Shown one piece after another: positions 29,274 through 38,911 of a stretch of DNA of 57,367 bases. The notes under the pieces are model-generated. The model worked only from the letters and a program-made list of their open reading frames with translations, was not told the DNA's origin and did not search any database. Positions within the stretch are counted from its first letter, which is position 1, and each line of letters starts with the position of its first letter. The position numbers and the translations under genes are program-made. Origin of the DNA: Candidatus Rifleibacteriota bacterium (GTDB lineage: Bacteria; Muiribacteriota; UBA6191; JACPRK01; JACQZM01); assembly GCA_016213885.1 (NCBI GenBank), contig JACQZM010000067.1, positions 1 to 57,367 of the forward strand, given 5' to 3'.

Positions 29274-31088
29274 ATGATGCGTCCGAATCTGATCGTGGTG
29301 CTGGCGATGGGGATCCTCTCGCACGGCCCCCCCCTGGCTCGAGCCCAGCCCGCTGCAGCGGCCGGACAGACCCGACCCGGCGCGGCGGCACCACGGGCCG
29401 TCGACCTCGCCACCCTGATCCGGGCCTACGAGGCCGACCGGGCCAGCGTCGCCAGCTTCTACGATCTCCCGTGGTCGACGCTCCGGAGGGAGCGGCTCGA
29501 GAAGCTCTGCGCCCAGTGGCAGGCGAGGGTCCAGACGGTGGGATTCGACGAGCTGGATCGCCAGAGCCAGATCGACTGGCTGCTGCTCGACAACCTGATC
29601 GGGCATTCCAGGGACGACCTGGCCCGGACCGATCGGCGCCTGGCGGAGATGGATCGTCTGTTGCCGTTCCGGGCGGCGATCCACGAGCTCGAATGGGCCC
29701 GCTGGCGCGGAGAGCCTCTTTTGCCCGGGACCGCCGCGACCAGGGTGGACGAGCTGGCCCGGCAGGTGAGACAGCTCAGGGAGAGCGTGGACAGGGGCCT
29801 CAAGACCAAGGCCGCCGCGGGGAAGCCGTCGGACAGGAAGCCCGACGACCCCGCTCCGATCGAGGTGGCCCCGCCGCTGGCCCGCAGAACCGCCGAGGCG
29901 GTGGACGAGCTCAAGGGGGCGCTCCGCGGCTGGTTCGCCTTCTACGACGGCTCCAGACCCGACTTCTCGTGGTGGCTCAAGAAACCCCAGGAGGAGGCGA
30001 TCAAGCAGCTCGACGAGTACGCCAAGCTCCTGCGGGAGGAGGCCGCCGGCCTCAAGGGCAAGGACGAGGACCCGCTGGTGGGCGATCCGATCGGCGCCGA
30101 CGCGCTGACGCTGGCGATCCGGCGGGAGTTCCTCACCTGCACGACCCAGGAGCTGATCGACCTGGGCCACCGGGAGCTGGCCTGGGGCGAGAGCCAGATG
30201 AAGCTGGCCGCAAGGGCCATGGGCTTGGGCGACGACTGGAAGGCCGCCCTGGCCCGGGTGAAGGCCGATTTCGTGGCGCCCGGGGGGCAGGACGACCTGG
30301 TGGCCCGGACCGCCCGGGAGGCGATCGACCTGGTCAAGAGAGCGCGGCTCATGGAGGTGCCGACCCTCTGCGAGGAGACCTGGCGGATCTCGATGATGTC
30401 GCCGGAGACCATGAAGACCGTGCCGTACGCCGCGTACGGAGGCCAGAAGATCCTGGTGGCCTACGCCAAGGACGAGATGAAGCACGAGGACAAGCTCATG
30501 GTCATGCGGGGCAACAACCGCCACTTCACCCGCCTGACCACCCCACACGAGCTCATCCCCGGTCACCACCTCCAGGCCTTCTTCGCCTCGCGACACCGGT
30601 CGTACCGACGCCTCTTCTCCACGCCGTTCCTCGTGGAAGGCTGGGCGCTCTACGGAGAGCTCCGGCTCTGGGAGCTGGGGTGGGCCCGGACGCCCCAGGA
30701 GCGGATCGGCATGCTGTTCTGGCGCATGAACAGGGCCGCCCGCATCGTCGTGTCCCTGAAGTACCACCTCGGCCAGATGAAGCCGGACCAGATGGTGGAG
30801 TTCCTGGTGGACCGGGTAGGCCACGAGAAGCTCGGGGCGACCAGCGAGGTGCGTCGGTTCCTGAGCGGGGAGTACTCGCCGCTCTACCAGGCCGCCTACC
30901 TGATCGGAGGCCTCCAGCTCAAGGCGCTCCACGACGAGGTCGTCGGCTCGAGGCGGATGAGTGAAATCGAGTTCCACGACGCGGTGCTCACGGCCGGCCC
31001 GATCCCGATCCACCTCATCAGGGCCGGCCTCCAGACGGCGCCGCTGACCCGCGCCGGCGGCCCACCCTGGCGGTTCGCCGACCGGTGA
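29274..31088 (+). CDS. DUF885 family protein (secreted, metallopeptidase-like HExxxGHH motif)
   Basis: Signal peptide MMRPNLIVVLAMGILSHGPPLARA and the characteristic HELIPGHHLQ block. Overall length is typical of DUF885. Confidence 0.85.
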   Translation: MMRPNLIVVLAMGILSHGPPLARAQPAAAAGQTRPGAAAPRAVDLATLIRAYEADRASVASFYDLPWSTLRRERLEKLCAQWQARVQTVGFDELDRQSQIDWLLLDNLIGHSRDDLARTDRRLAEMDRLLPFRAAIHELEWARWRGEPLLPGTAATRVDELARQVRQLRESVDRGLKTKAAAGKPSDRKPDDPAPIEVAPPLARRTAEAVDELKGALRGWFAFYDGSRPDFSWWLKKPQEEAIKQLDEYAKLLREEAAGLKGKDEDPLVGDPIGADALTLAIRREFLTCTTQELIDLGHRELAWGESQMKLAARAMGLGDDWKAALARVKADFVAPGGQDDLVARTAREAIDLVKRARLMEVPTLCEETWRISMMSPETMKTVPYAAYGGQKILVAYAKDEMKHEDKLMVMRGNNRHFTRLTTPHELIPGHHLQAFFASRHRSYRRLFSTPFLVEGWALYGELRLWELGWARTPQERIGMLFWRMNRAARIVVSLKYHLGQMKPDQMVEFLVDRVGHEKLGATSEVRRFLSGEYSPLYQAAYLIGGLQLKALHDEVVGSRRMSEIEFHDAVLTAGPIPIHLIRAGLQTAPLTRAGGPPWRFADR

Positions 31089-31165
31089 ATCGCAGGCCGG
31101 CCCGGTCCGGATATGGTAATGTAGACACCGGAAGAACCGGCAGGCTGACGGGAGAGAGGTCCCCT

Positions 31166-32371
31166 ATGTCCCAGAGCGATCGTTTGACCGTGCTGTGTCT
31201 GGCCAGCGTGGAGAAAGGTCACGAGTTCATCCAGGAGTGCAGCCGCCAGGGATGTCGCGTCCTGCTGCTCACCCTCGAGAGGATCAAAGATCGAGCCTGG
31301 CCCCGCGACAGCATCGACGAGATGTTTCTGATGCCGAACTTCGACGACCTGCAGGGTCTGATCCACACCGTGTCGTACCTCGCCAGGAGCCATCAGATCG
31401 ACCGGATCGTGCCCATGGACGATTACGACGTGGACCGGGCCGCGGCGCTCAGGGAGCACCTGCGCTGCCCGGGAATGGGCGATTCCACGGTACGCTACTT
31501 CCGGGACAAGCTGGCGATGCGCGTGCAGGCCAGGGACGAGGGGCTCGGCGTCCCGGAGTTCGTCGCCGTGCTGAACTACGACCGGATACGGGAGTTCATG
31601 GCCCGGGTCCCCCCGCCGTGGATGCTGAAGCCTCGCATGGAGGCGGCGGCGCTGGGCATCAAGAAGATCGACGACGCCCAGGAGCTCTGGCGCGTGCTGG
31701 ACGGTCTTGGAGACAGGCAGTCCTACTTCCTGCTGGAGGAGTACGTTCCCGGCGGGGTGTATCACGTGGACGCCATCAGCTTCAAGAAGGAGGTCCTGTT
31801 CGCCGAGCCCCACCGGTACGGGGCTCCCCCGTTCGACGTGGTGCAGAAGGGCGGCCTGTTCAACAGCCGGACGCTGCGACGAGACTCCGAGGAGGCCCGG
31901 GAGCTGTTCGAGCTCCACGCCGGCGTGATGCGGGCGCTGCGGTTCGTCCACGGGGTGACCCACTCGGAGTTCATCAAGAGCGAGAAGAACGGGAAGTTCT
32001 ACTTCCTCGAGACCGCCGCCCGGGTCGCCGGCGCGTTCCTCGCCAACCTGGTCGAGGCGTCCACCGGCGTGAACCTGTGGCGGGAGTGGGCGAAGGTGGA
32101 GATCGCCGGCAACTCCGGGGAGTACAGCCTCCCCCCGCGGCGGCACGACTTCGGCGCCCTCATCATCTCCCTGGCCCGCCAGGAGTGGCCCGACACCAGC
32201 GCCTACGCCGATCCGGAGATCGTCCAGAGAATCCGCAAGGAGCACCACGCCGGGCTCGTCCTGGCGTCGCCCTCCAAGGAACGCATCGACCACCTGCTCG
32301 GGGAGTACGGTCGCCGGTTCGCCGAGGAGTTCCTGATGACCCTGCCCCCGCGGCAGACCCGGATGACCTGA
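31166..32371 (+). CDS. ATP-grasp domain protein (carboxylate-amine ligase type)
   Basis: Start at ATG 31166 after GGAGAGAGG (MSQSDRLTVLCLAS...). ATP-grasp blocks: PWMLKPRMEAAALGIKKI, LLEEYVPGGVYHVDAI, HSEFIKSEKNGKFYFLETAARVAG. Confidence 0.85.
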   Translation: MSQSDRLTVLCLASVEKGHEFIQECSRQGCRVLLLTLERIKDRAWPRDSIDEMFLMPNFDDLQGLIHTVSYLARSHQIDRIVPMDDYDVDRAAALREHLRCPGMGDSTVRYFRDKLAMRVQARDEGLGVPEFVAVLNYDRIREFMARVPPPWMLKPRMEAAALGIKKIDDAQELWRVLDGLGDRQSYFLLEEYVPGGVYHVDAISFKKEVLFAEPHRYGAPPFDVVQKGGLFNSRTLRRDSEEARELFELHAGVMRALRFVHGVTHSEFIKSEKNGKFYFLETAARVAGAFLANLVEASTGVNLWREWAKVEIAGNSGEYSLPPRRHDFGALIISLARQEWPDTSAYADPEIVQRIRKEHHAGLVLASPSKERIDHLLGEYGRRFAEEFLMTLPPRQTRMT

Positions 32372-32396
32372 CGGATCGACCCGCCTGACTTAACTC

Positions 32397-33914
32397 ATGC
32401 TCGGCAGAGGGAACCTCGGACTCCCATCAATGCGAGGCAACTGGAGTCAATCCGTGACCACGGCAATCCATGGGCTCACCCCGCACGTCCTGTGGGAGCA
32501 GTTTGCCAAGATCTCGGCCATCCCTCGCCCTTCCGGGAACGAGTCGCGGGTGGCGGAGTACATCATCGATCTGGCTCACTCCAAGGGGCTCGAGGCGATC
32601 CAGGACGACACCGGGAACGTCATCGTCCGCAAGCCGGCCAGCCCCGGAAGAGAGCGATCGCCCGGGGTGGTCCTGCACGCCCACATGGACATGGTGTGCG
32701 AGAAGGACGGTACGTCGAAGCACGACTTCGACCAGGACGGCATCCGGCTCAAACGGGTGGAGAACCACATCACCGCCGACGGCACCACCCTGGGGGCCGA
32801 CAACGGCATCGGCGTGGCCGCGGCGCTGGCGGTGATGCTGGACCAGTCCGTGGTCCATGGCCCGATGGAGTGCCTCTTCACCGTCGACGAGGAGGTGGGG
32901 TTCTCCGGCATATTGAACCTGAGCCCCGGAGTACTCAGGGGAAGCGTGCTCTTGAATCTCGACACCGACGCTGAGGGGATGTTCTGCGTCGGCTGCGCCG
33001 GCGGGGGCGACTCGCTGATCACCCTGCCGGTGAGACTGAAGGAAGCTCCGAAGGGGTACGTCCCGCTGCTCTTGAACCTCCGGGGACTCAAGGGAGGCCA
33101 CTCGGGCCTCGACATCCACCGGGGCCGGGGGAACGCGCTCAAGGTCATGGGACGAGTGCTGCTCCACGCCTCGCAGTCCCACGACATCAGACTCTCCAGC
33201 ATCACCTCGGGGGCCAAGGCCAACGTGATCCCCCGGGAGGCCGAGGCGCTGGTCCAGGTGAGAAGCTGGCAGCTCAGGCCGTTTCGCAAGACCCTCGACG
33301 AGATCCAGGGCATCCTTCGCGACGAGTACGCCCTCAAGGATCCCGGCGTCACCCTGGAGATCTCGACGATCGGCTCGGACACGGGCGCCCGCGTCCTGAA
33401 GAGGGCCGACGAGGGACGGCTCGTCTCCCTGCTCTACGCGATCCCCCACGGTGTCGTCAGCATGAGCGCCAGGGATCCCCGGCTCGTGGAGACGTCCAGC
33501 AACCTGGCGTCGGTGCGCACCGAGGACGATAGCATCACGCTGCTCGTGGGACACCGTGGCTCCGTGAAGACCGCCCTCGAGGACGCGATGATGTCGATCA
33601 TGCTGGCCGGCAAGCTGGCCGGCGCCACGGTGCTGAACCGGAACCGGTATCCGGCGTGGCGGCCGAACTTCGACTCCGCCGTGCTGAGCTCGGCCTGCGA
33701 CACCTACCGGGAGCTGTTCCGGAGAGACCCGCTGGTCGTGACGACCCACGGCGGTCTGGAGTGCGGGGTCGTCTCGGACAAGTACCCCGACATGGACATC
33801 CTGTCGTTCGGCCCCACCGTCGAGGGGGTCCACTCTCCCCGGGAACGCGTGGAGATCGGCAGCGTCCAGCGGTTCTGGACCTTCCTTCTGACGCTCTTGA
33901 AGAACCTGTCCTAG
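32397..33914 (+). CDS. pepD: Aminoacyl-histidine (Xaa-His) dipeptidase PepD, M20C family (start may be a few codons downstream)
   Basis: LTPHVLWEQFAKISAIPRPSGNE, HAHMDMV, TTLGADNGIGVAAALAV and FTVDEEVGFSG are collinear with E. coli PepD as I recall it. Confidence 0.9.
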   Translation: MLGRGNLGLPSMRGNWSQSVTTAIHGLTPHVLWEQFAKISAIPRPSGNESRVAEYIIDLAHSKGLEAIQDDTGNVIVRKPASPGRERSPGVVLHAHMDMVCEKDGTSKHDFDQDGIRLKRVENHITADGTTLGADNGIGVAAALAVMLDQSVVHGPMECLFTVDEEVGFSGILNLSPGVLRGSVLLNLDTDAEGMFCVGCAGGGDSLITLPVRLKEAPKGYVPLLLNLRGLKGGHSGLDIHRGRGNALKVMGRVLLHASQSHDIRLSSITSGAKANVIPREAEALVQVRSWQLRPFRKTLDEIQGILRDEYALKDPGVTLEISTIGSDTGARVLKRADEGRLVSLLYAIPHGVVSMSARDPRLVETSSNLASVRTEDDSITLLVGHRGSVKTALEDAMMSIMLAGKLAGATVLNRNRYPAWRPNFDSAVLSSACDTYRELFRRDPLVVTTHGGLECGVVSDKYPDMDILSFGPTVEGVHSPRERVEIGSVQRFWTFLLTLLKNLS

Positions 33915-34645
33915 CCTTCCAGCGGCAACAGGCCGGTCCCCGATTCGGTCGCGATCTTCGTGACCGGCTCCATGATCGGGTTCCGGAGCATGGCCGGCAT
34001 CGGTACCCGCGCCACCAGCGACCGGCAGCCGGTCCGGTCCCTGAGCGCCGCCCGGGGCCGCTGGTCGCGGCGGTCCGCCTCCGAGGCCAGCAGGTACACG
34101 GACAGGTACCGCCTCTTCAGCACCGGATCCACGATCTCCTCGAACCGCACGTCCAGCAGGGGAACGCCGGAGAAGACCGTGACGTCATGTCGGCCCCCCG
34201 GGCCGATCTCGGTACGCTTGAGGAAGTACAGACCTCCGGGACTGGCGATGCGGGAGTATCGCACGGGCCGCAGCCGGATCCACGGGCCGTCGAAAGCGAC
34301 CCTGTAGAACGACAGGCAGGTCCTGGAGACGAGGTGGGTGGAGACGCTGTCCAGGTCGACCCCCATCCGCTGGAAGTCCTGGTAGATCGTCTCCTCGAGG
34401 ATCATGGCGTTCTGCAGCGCCACCGACGACTGGGCCGCCCTGTTCATGAGGGTGCCACTGGCCCAGAGGCTCATGAGGACTCCCAGCAGCACCGTCATCG
34501 TGGCGCTGACCACCACGAGCTCCGCCACGGACAGCCCCCGTCGGGCCGGCTCGAACCGGCGGCGATCCCCCGAGCCGGGCCGGGCCGATGCGACGCGGCC
34601 CCCCGCCCCCCCCGCCCTCCGTGCTCTCGTGACGCGCTGAGTCAT
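33911..34645 (-). CDS. Prepilin-like (pseudopilin) protein, module 1, third gene; paralogue of 37075-37716
   Basis: ATG 34645-34643 overlaps the upstream stop (ATGA). It has a G-x4-E prepilin signature (RRG-LSVAELVVVSATMTVLLGVL). It shares the block LSFYRVAFDGPWIRLRPVRYSRIASPGGLY with the paralogue. Confidence 0.6.
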   Translation of the reverse strand: MTQRVTRARRAGGAGGRVASARPGSGDRRRFEPARRGLSVAELVVVSATMTVLLGVLMSLWASGTLMNRAAQSSVALQNAMILEETIYQDFQRMGVDLDSVSTHLVSRTCLSFYRVAFDGPWIRLRPVRYSRIASPGGLYFLKRTEIGPGGRHDVTVFSGVPLLDVRFEEIVDPVLKRRYLSVYLLASEADRRDQRPRAALRDRTGCRSLVARVPMPAMLRNPIMEPVTKIATESGTGLLPLEG

Positions 34646-35352
34646 TCTATGACCGTCCCCAGCGGCTCCGCGACGAGGTGCACCACCGCGTTCGATCCGT
34701 CGATCTCGCCGGAGCTCGTCAGCGCCTTCACGTCGCCCCCCACATAGAAGAAGCGCCGCTGCAGCACCCGCTTCCAGACGCCCAGCTCCCGGGTGGCCCC
34801 ACCCGCGCTGACGGAGAACTGCATGACCCCCACCGGGACCTCCGGCGTGGCGCCCTCCCTGTACGGCGGCGGGATGTGGAAGGCCACGACCTCGACGAGC
34901 ACGTCGCTGACCTTGAACGTCGCCCCCGTCCTCCGGAACAGCTCCCGGCACACCCTCGGAGCGACCGTCTGCGGGGCCACGGAGGCGTTGCGGCTCTCGA
35001 TCGCCTTCACGATCAACGACCGGAAGTCGGCGGGACACTCCGGAGTGGTCGTGCCCCGATCCATGCTGCCGCGGACCAGCGCCACGGCCTCGCCGATGGC
35101 GGAGGTGCCCGCGTCGATGGCCAGGCGCATGTCCCTGACCCTGGCGTAGGTCCGGGTCGTTCCGGAGCTCTGCACCAGGCTCGAGGCGCCCATCAGCCCC
35201 AGGAGCGAAAGCACCACCAGGGCGAGCACGAGGGAGACCATGGCCCGGCGTCGAGGCGTCGGCCGTCGTCGGTGGCGTGGCAGACCCCGGCCGCGTCCGG
35301 GACCGGTACGACCGGCGGTCAGCCTCGCGGGGTCACGGGTGGACGTTCTCAT
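34642..35352 (-). CDS. Membrane-anchored pseudopilin-associated protein (GspK-like basic N-terminus plus one TM), module 1, second gene; paralogue of 37713-38450
   Basis: RRRAMVSLVLALVVLSLLGLMGA anchor. The C-terminus ...AEPLGTVIE matches ...TPALGTVVE of the paralogue. Confidence 0.55.
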   Translation of the reverse strand: MRTSTRDPARLTAGRTGPGRGRGLPRHRRRPTPRRRAMVSLVLALVVLSLLGLMGASSLVQSSGTTRTYARVRDMRLAIDAGTSAIGEAVALVRGSMDRGTTTPECPADFRSLIVKAIESRNASVAPQTVAPRVCRELFRRTGATFKVSDVLVEVVAFHIPPPYREGATPEVPVGVMQFSVSAGGATRELGVWKRVLQRRFFYVGGDVKALTSSGEIDGSNAVVHLVAEPLGTVIE

Positions 35353-35830
35353 GGGCGTTGGTGTGGACGATGAGGCGTGAGTACTCGACGGTTCTCGATC
35401 TGGAGCGCCCCTTCCGATCGTCCGTCCAGGTGGCCCGGCAGGTCAGACGGTCCAGGCCGTCGGCCACGCCCCTCGCCAGCTCCAGCCGGACCCGCAGGCC
35501 GTGACGCGCCGTCAGGGTGCCGATCCCCAGGTGGCCCGACCTGCCGTAGGTGTCGGACAGCTGCACGTGCACGTTCTCTCCCACCAGCACCTTGGGGTCG
35601 TCCGGCGCCGGCGACAGGTACAGCCCCAGGCCGCACGCCAGCTCGCCGAACCGCTCCAGGGTGTTGTGGCAGATCGACTCCACCTCGAGCCGCACCCGGT
35701 CGACCCGGGTGGTCTCGACGTTGTGCCGGGCCAGGAAGAACACCGGCACGAACGCCAGCGAGACGATCGTGGAGACGACCAGCATCTCCACGGTGGAGCA
35801 ACCGGTTGATCCCCTGGAACACCGTTCCAT
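35333..35830 (-). CDS. Prepilin-like (pseudopilin) protein, module 1, first gene; paralogue of 38398-38874
   Basis: ATG 35830-35828. G-x4-E signature STG-CSTVEMLVVSTIVSLAFVPVFF. The C-terminal ...VEYSRLIV resembles ...ISYSRLLV of the paralogue. Confidence 0.6.
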   Translation of the reverse strand: MERCSRGSTGCSTVEMLVVSTIVSLAFVPVFFLARHNVETTRVDRVRLEVESICHNTLERFGELACGLGLYLSPAPDDPKVLVGENVHVQLSDTYGRSGHLGIGTLTARHGLRVRLELARGVADGLDRLTCRATWTDDRKGRSRSRTVEYSRLIVHTNAHENVHP

Positions 35831-35949
35831 CCTGGCCTCGCTCCCTCCTCCCCCGGTTCCCCGGTCGCACCGAGCCGGCCCGGTCGACGCTCCCGGAGGC
35901 TGCCGGATCGCCGGATCCGACAGCCCCGCTCGTCCGGTCCGGCCCCGGT

Positions 35950-36705
35950 CTACCGGACCTCTCTGGGTTCCGACGCGGCTTCGCCCCCGGAGCCGCTGGT
36001 GGTCACGTAGACGCGGTCGCCGGGCCTGGGGCGGCTCGCCGGGTCGAGCGACGCCAGATCGAACCGGAACCCCCGGTTGTAGTAGCCGGGAGGGTAATCG
36101 GCGATGTCCAGACCGCACAGCGCCGCCCTGGCCGTGGCCAGCCTGGCCGGCGACCCGCCGGTCGCGGGCACCCGGTGCAGCGCCACGGACAGGACGGCGG
36201 TCCTGGCGAAGTCGTCCACGGCGTAGCCCGCCACCTCGCGCTCCGTGGCCACGAGCACCCTGGCCTGGGGCGGCCGGCCGGACCGGGTGATCTTGAGGTT
36301 CACCCCCTTCGACGACTCGATCGGTTTGTGCTTCGACGGCAGCGGCGGGACCCTGCCCTTGCCGGGGTGGCACTTGTCGCAGGTCGAGGTTCCGGCGCTG
36401 GCCGTGCCGGTGCCACTCCCCGATGACGTGCCGGATGAGGATCCCTTGTCGTCATCGTCATCGTCGTCGTCATCGTCACCGTCGGACTTGCCGACCGTGG
36501 CCCCGCTCGACCCGTCGGCAGGGAGCGACAGGTTCGCCGGGGCTCCGGAAGCCGGCGTCGTGACGGGCCCGGTCTGGCCGCTACACCCCTGGAGAATCAC
36601 CACGAACGCCAGGACGAACGCCACGAGGCCGAGCAGGGCAACGCCTCGGAGCGTCGGTCTCTTCGATCCACCTTTCACGGCTGGTCCTCCTTCTTCTCGA
36701 ACCAT
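35950..36705 (-). CDS. Lipoprotein with a poly-Asp tract and a single CXXCH motif
   Basis: Start at ATG 36705-36703. Lipobox VILQGC-SG, then KSDGDDDDDDDDDDKGSS, then TCDKCHPGKG (CXXCH at 36367-36381). Confidence 0.6.
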   Translation of the reverse strand: MVREEGGPAVKGGSKRPTLRGVALLGLVAFVLAFVVILQGCSGQTGPVTTPASGAPANLSLPADGSSGATVGKSDGDDDDDDDDDDKGSSSGTSSGSGTGTASAGTSTCDKCHPGKGRVPPLPSKHKPIESSKGVNLKITRSGRPPQARVLVATEREVAGYAVDDFARTAVLSVALHRVPATGGSPARLATARAALCGLDIADYPPGYYNRGFRFDLASLDPASRPRPGDRVYVTTSGSGGEAASEPREVR

Positions 36706-37074
36706 CCGGGCCACCGCGCCTGTCGCCGCCGTCCGCAAGGACGGCCCGACCGGTCCCGAGATGGCGCCGGAGTCGTCGTTCTTCGCCTGGCCGACCGATG
36801 GAAGATGCGTGCCAACAGCACCATCATGGAAGAACGCCGCTCCGGCGGCGCCGGCGCCGTCGTCATGGCCTGTCGCGCGACTTGGGATCGTGCCACGACG
36901 CCGCGGCTCGCCCACGCGTTCCGTGTCACTCCGGCACATGGAATCCTGGGATGCGCTTCGTCGCCGGGCCCGCCGATCGCACCGAAGCCGACTTGATGAC
37001 CGCGGCCCTGGGCGAAGCCATCGATCGGGCCGGGGAGGAGCGATGGCCAGGCGCCGGGAAGCGCCGTCGGAGCC

Positions 37075-37716
37075 TCAGGGAGTTGCCGGCAGGTCGCCGT
37101 CCACGATCACATCGGTGCCGGAGCTGATCGCCCCGGCGCCCAGCAACCCGGGCACCCGGTACTTGTGAACGAAGGCGAGCGTCGTGGTCCGGGCGCGGCC
37201 GAAGCCGGTCCGGCTGGCCGGCACGTCCTCGTCGAGGGTGGTCAGCTGGACGAGCAGATGCCTGCCGCCGCCCAGCGGGTCCACCACCTCCTTGAACAGG
37301 ATCGAACGAACGATGGTCCCCGGCAGCGCCTGTTCGCTCTTGATGACGTTGCCGCCGAACTCCTGGCGCACGAGTCTGAGATTCCCTCCGGGCGTCGGCC
37401 GGACGACGTACCGGATCGGCGTCAGGCGCGCGTTCGCACCCTCGAACGATGTCCGATAGAAGGCGATCGATCGAGAGCCGATCCGCACCGGGCCCTCCAC
37501 GCCCGGCTTCATCCCCATCTGCCAGAGGTCGAGGGCGATCCGCTCGCGAGCCAGCAGAGCGCCTTGCACCGCCACGGAGAGCTGGGCCGCGCGCTCCAGA
37601 CGTTGTCCTCCGGGAAGGACGACGGTACAGGCGGCGACCACCACGGCCGCGAGGCCGGCGGCTCCGAGCACCTCGATGAGCGTGAACGCCCCGCCGGGGG
37701 CCGATCGCCGGATCAT
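37075..37716 (-). CDS. Prepilin-like (pseudopilin) protein, module 2, third gene
   Basis: ATG 37716-37714 overlaps the upstream stop (ATGA). The N-terminus MIRRSAPGG-AFTLIEVLGAAGLAAVVV is a classic prepilin N-terminus with Glu at +5. Confidence 0.65.
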   Translation of the reverse strand: MIRRSAPGGAFTLIEVLGAAGLAAVVVAACTVVLPGGQRLERAAQLSVAVQGALLARERIALDLWQMGMKPGVEGPVRIGSRSIAFYRTSFEGANARLTPIRYVVRPTPGGNLRLVRQEFGGNVIKSEQALPGTIVRSILFKEVVDPLGGGRHLLVQLTTLDEDVPASRTGFGRARTTTLAFVHKYRVPGLLGAGAISSGTDVIVDGDLPATP

Positions 37717-38450
37717 TCCACCACCGTCCCCAGCGCCGGGGTGACGAGGCAGACCTCGGATCGTTCCGGCGTCAGGGCGTCGGTCGGGGAGTCGCCCATG
37801 GCGTTGCGGACGTAGAACCGGAACCTCTGCCGAACCGTCCTGGCCATCCGGACGGTCGCCGCCGCGCTGGCCACCTTCACGGAGAGCTCGATCACGCCGT
37901 AGGCCCTCACGAGCGAGGTCGGCGTGGGGGCGCTTCCGGCCCAGGAGACCACCTTCACCTCCACGTCGGACACGCTGCCGCTCGCGGGCGACGCCCAAAA
38001 CAGCGCCCGGGTCGTCTCGGGCACCACGACCCCGGAGCTCATGGGCCGATCGAACGGGGGGAGCAGCTCCTGTTTCCAGTTCACCCCGGCGCCTCCCGGC
38101 GCAGCCCCCTGCCTGAGGCTCTCGTGGAGAATCAGCGTGGCCTCGGCGAACGCCGATCCGGCGGCTTCCAGACAGGACCAGGACAGGGTCGTGCGGGCGC
38201 ACGACCTGGTCGTGGTGGACCCCATCAGCGACATGGCCATGGTGGTCAGGCACAGGGTGACGATGATGATGAGGACCATGGCCAGCGCCGCCACCCCGCG
38301 CCTGACCCGAGGAGACGAGCGGCCGCCCGCCACGGCTCTCGCGAGCCGCGCCCGGATGGCGGGGCGGGGCTTTCGCCCGTCTCGCGACAGGCCCGAGCTA
38401 CAGCGCCTGCAGCCGGACCAGCAGCCGGGAGTAGCTGATCGAGTCCACAC
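37713..38450 (-). CDS. Membrane-anchored pseudopilin-associated protein (GspK-like N-terminus), module 2, second gene (start uncertain, GTG at 38450)
   Basis: RRGVAALAMVLIIIVTLCLTTMAMSLM anchor. The C-terminus matches its paralogue at 34642-35352. Confidence 0.55.
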   Translation of the reverse strand: MWTRSATPGCWSGCRRCSSGLSRDGRKPRPAIRARLARAVAGGRSSPRVRRGVAALAMVLIIIVTLCLTTMAMSLMGSTTTRSCARTTLSWSCLEAAGSAFAEATLILHESLRQGAAPGGAGVNWKQELLPPFDRPMSSGVVVPETTRALFWASPASGSVSDVEVKVVSWAGSAPTPTSLVRAYGVIELSVKVASAAATVRMARTVRQRFRFYVRNAMGDSPTDALTPERSEVCLVTPALGTVVE

Positions 38451-38874
38451 GGGTGCGGCCCCCTCCTTTCGTCTTCCAGGTCACGGAGCTCGTGAGCTGG
38501 TCCAGCCCGGGCCGGACGTCCCTTCGCACCGTGGTGCGCGAGTGGATGTCGTACGCCCTGGCGGTCTCCTCCAGCTCGGCGCTGTCCAGGCCGGACGCTG
38601 CGGTCCGGTCTCGAGTCCACAGGTCCACGTCCTCTCGCAGCCTGGGGTCGTCGGTGGGACGCAGCACGCGCCAGACGTCGTCCTCCGGGGTTCCGTAGCG
38701 CTCCAGGAGGCTCCGGCACAGCGAATCGCACATCATCCTGACCTGGTCGGCCTTTGCCGACCGGGCGTTGGACGAGCCGCAGCAGAGGATGGGCACCACC
38801 GCGATCGAGATCAGCGCCAGGGCGACGAGGATCTCCAGCGCCGTGAAGCCTGATCGATGATGCCCGTCTCTCAT
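38398..38874 (-). CDS. Prepilin-like (pseudopilin) protein, module 2, first gene
   Basis: ATG 38874-38872 with AGGAG 5 nt upstream. N-terminus: MRDGHHRSG-FTALEILVALALISIAVVPI (prepilin cleavage/methylation-type). Confidence 0.7.
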   Translation of the reverse strand: MRDGHHRSGFTALEILVALALISIAVVPILCCGSSNARSAKADQVRMMCDSLCRSLLERYGTPEDDVWRVLRPTDDPRLREDVDLWTRDRTAASGLDSAELEETARAYDIHSRTTVRRDVRPGLDQLTSSVTWKTKGGGRTRVDSISYSRLLVRLQAL

Positions 38875-38911
38875 GATGACTCCTGCGAGCAAGATGGATG
38901 CCCTGGATGGA

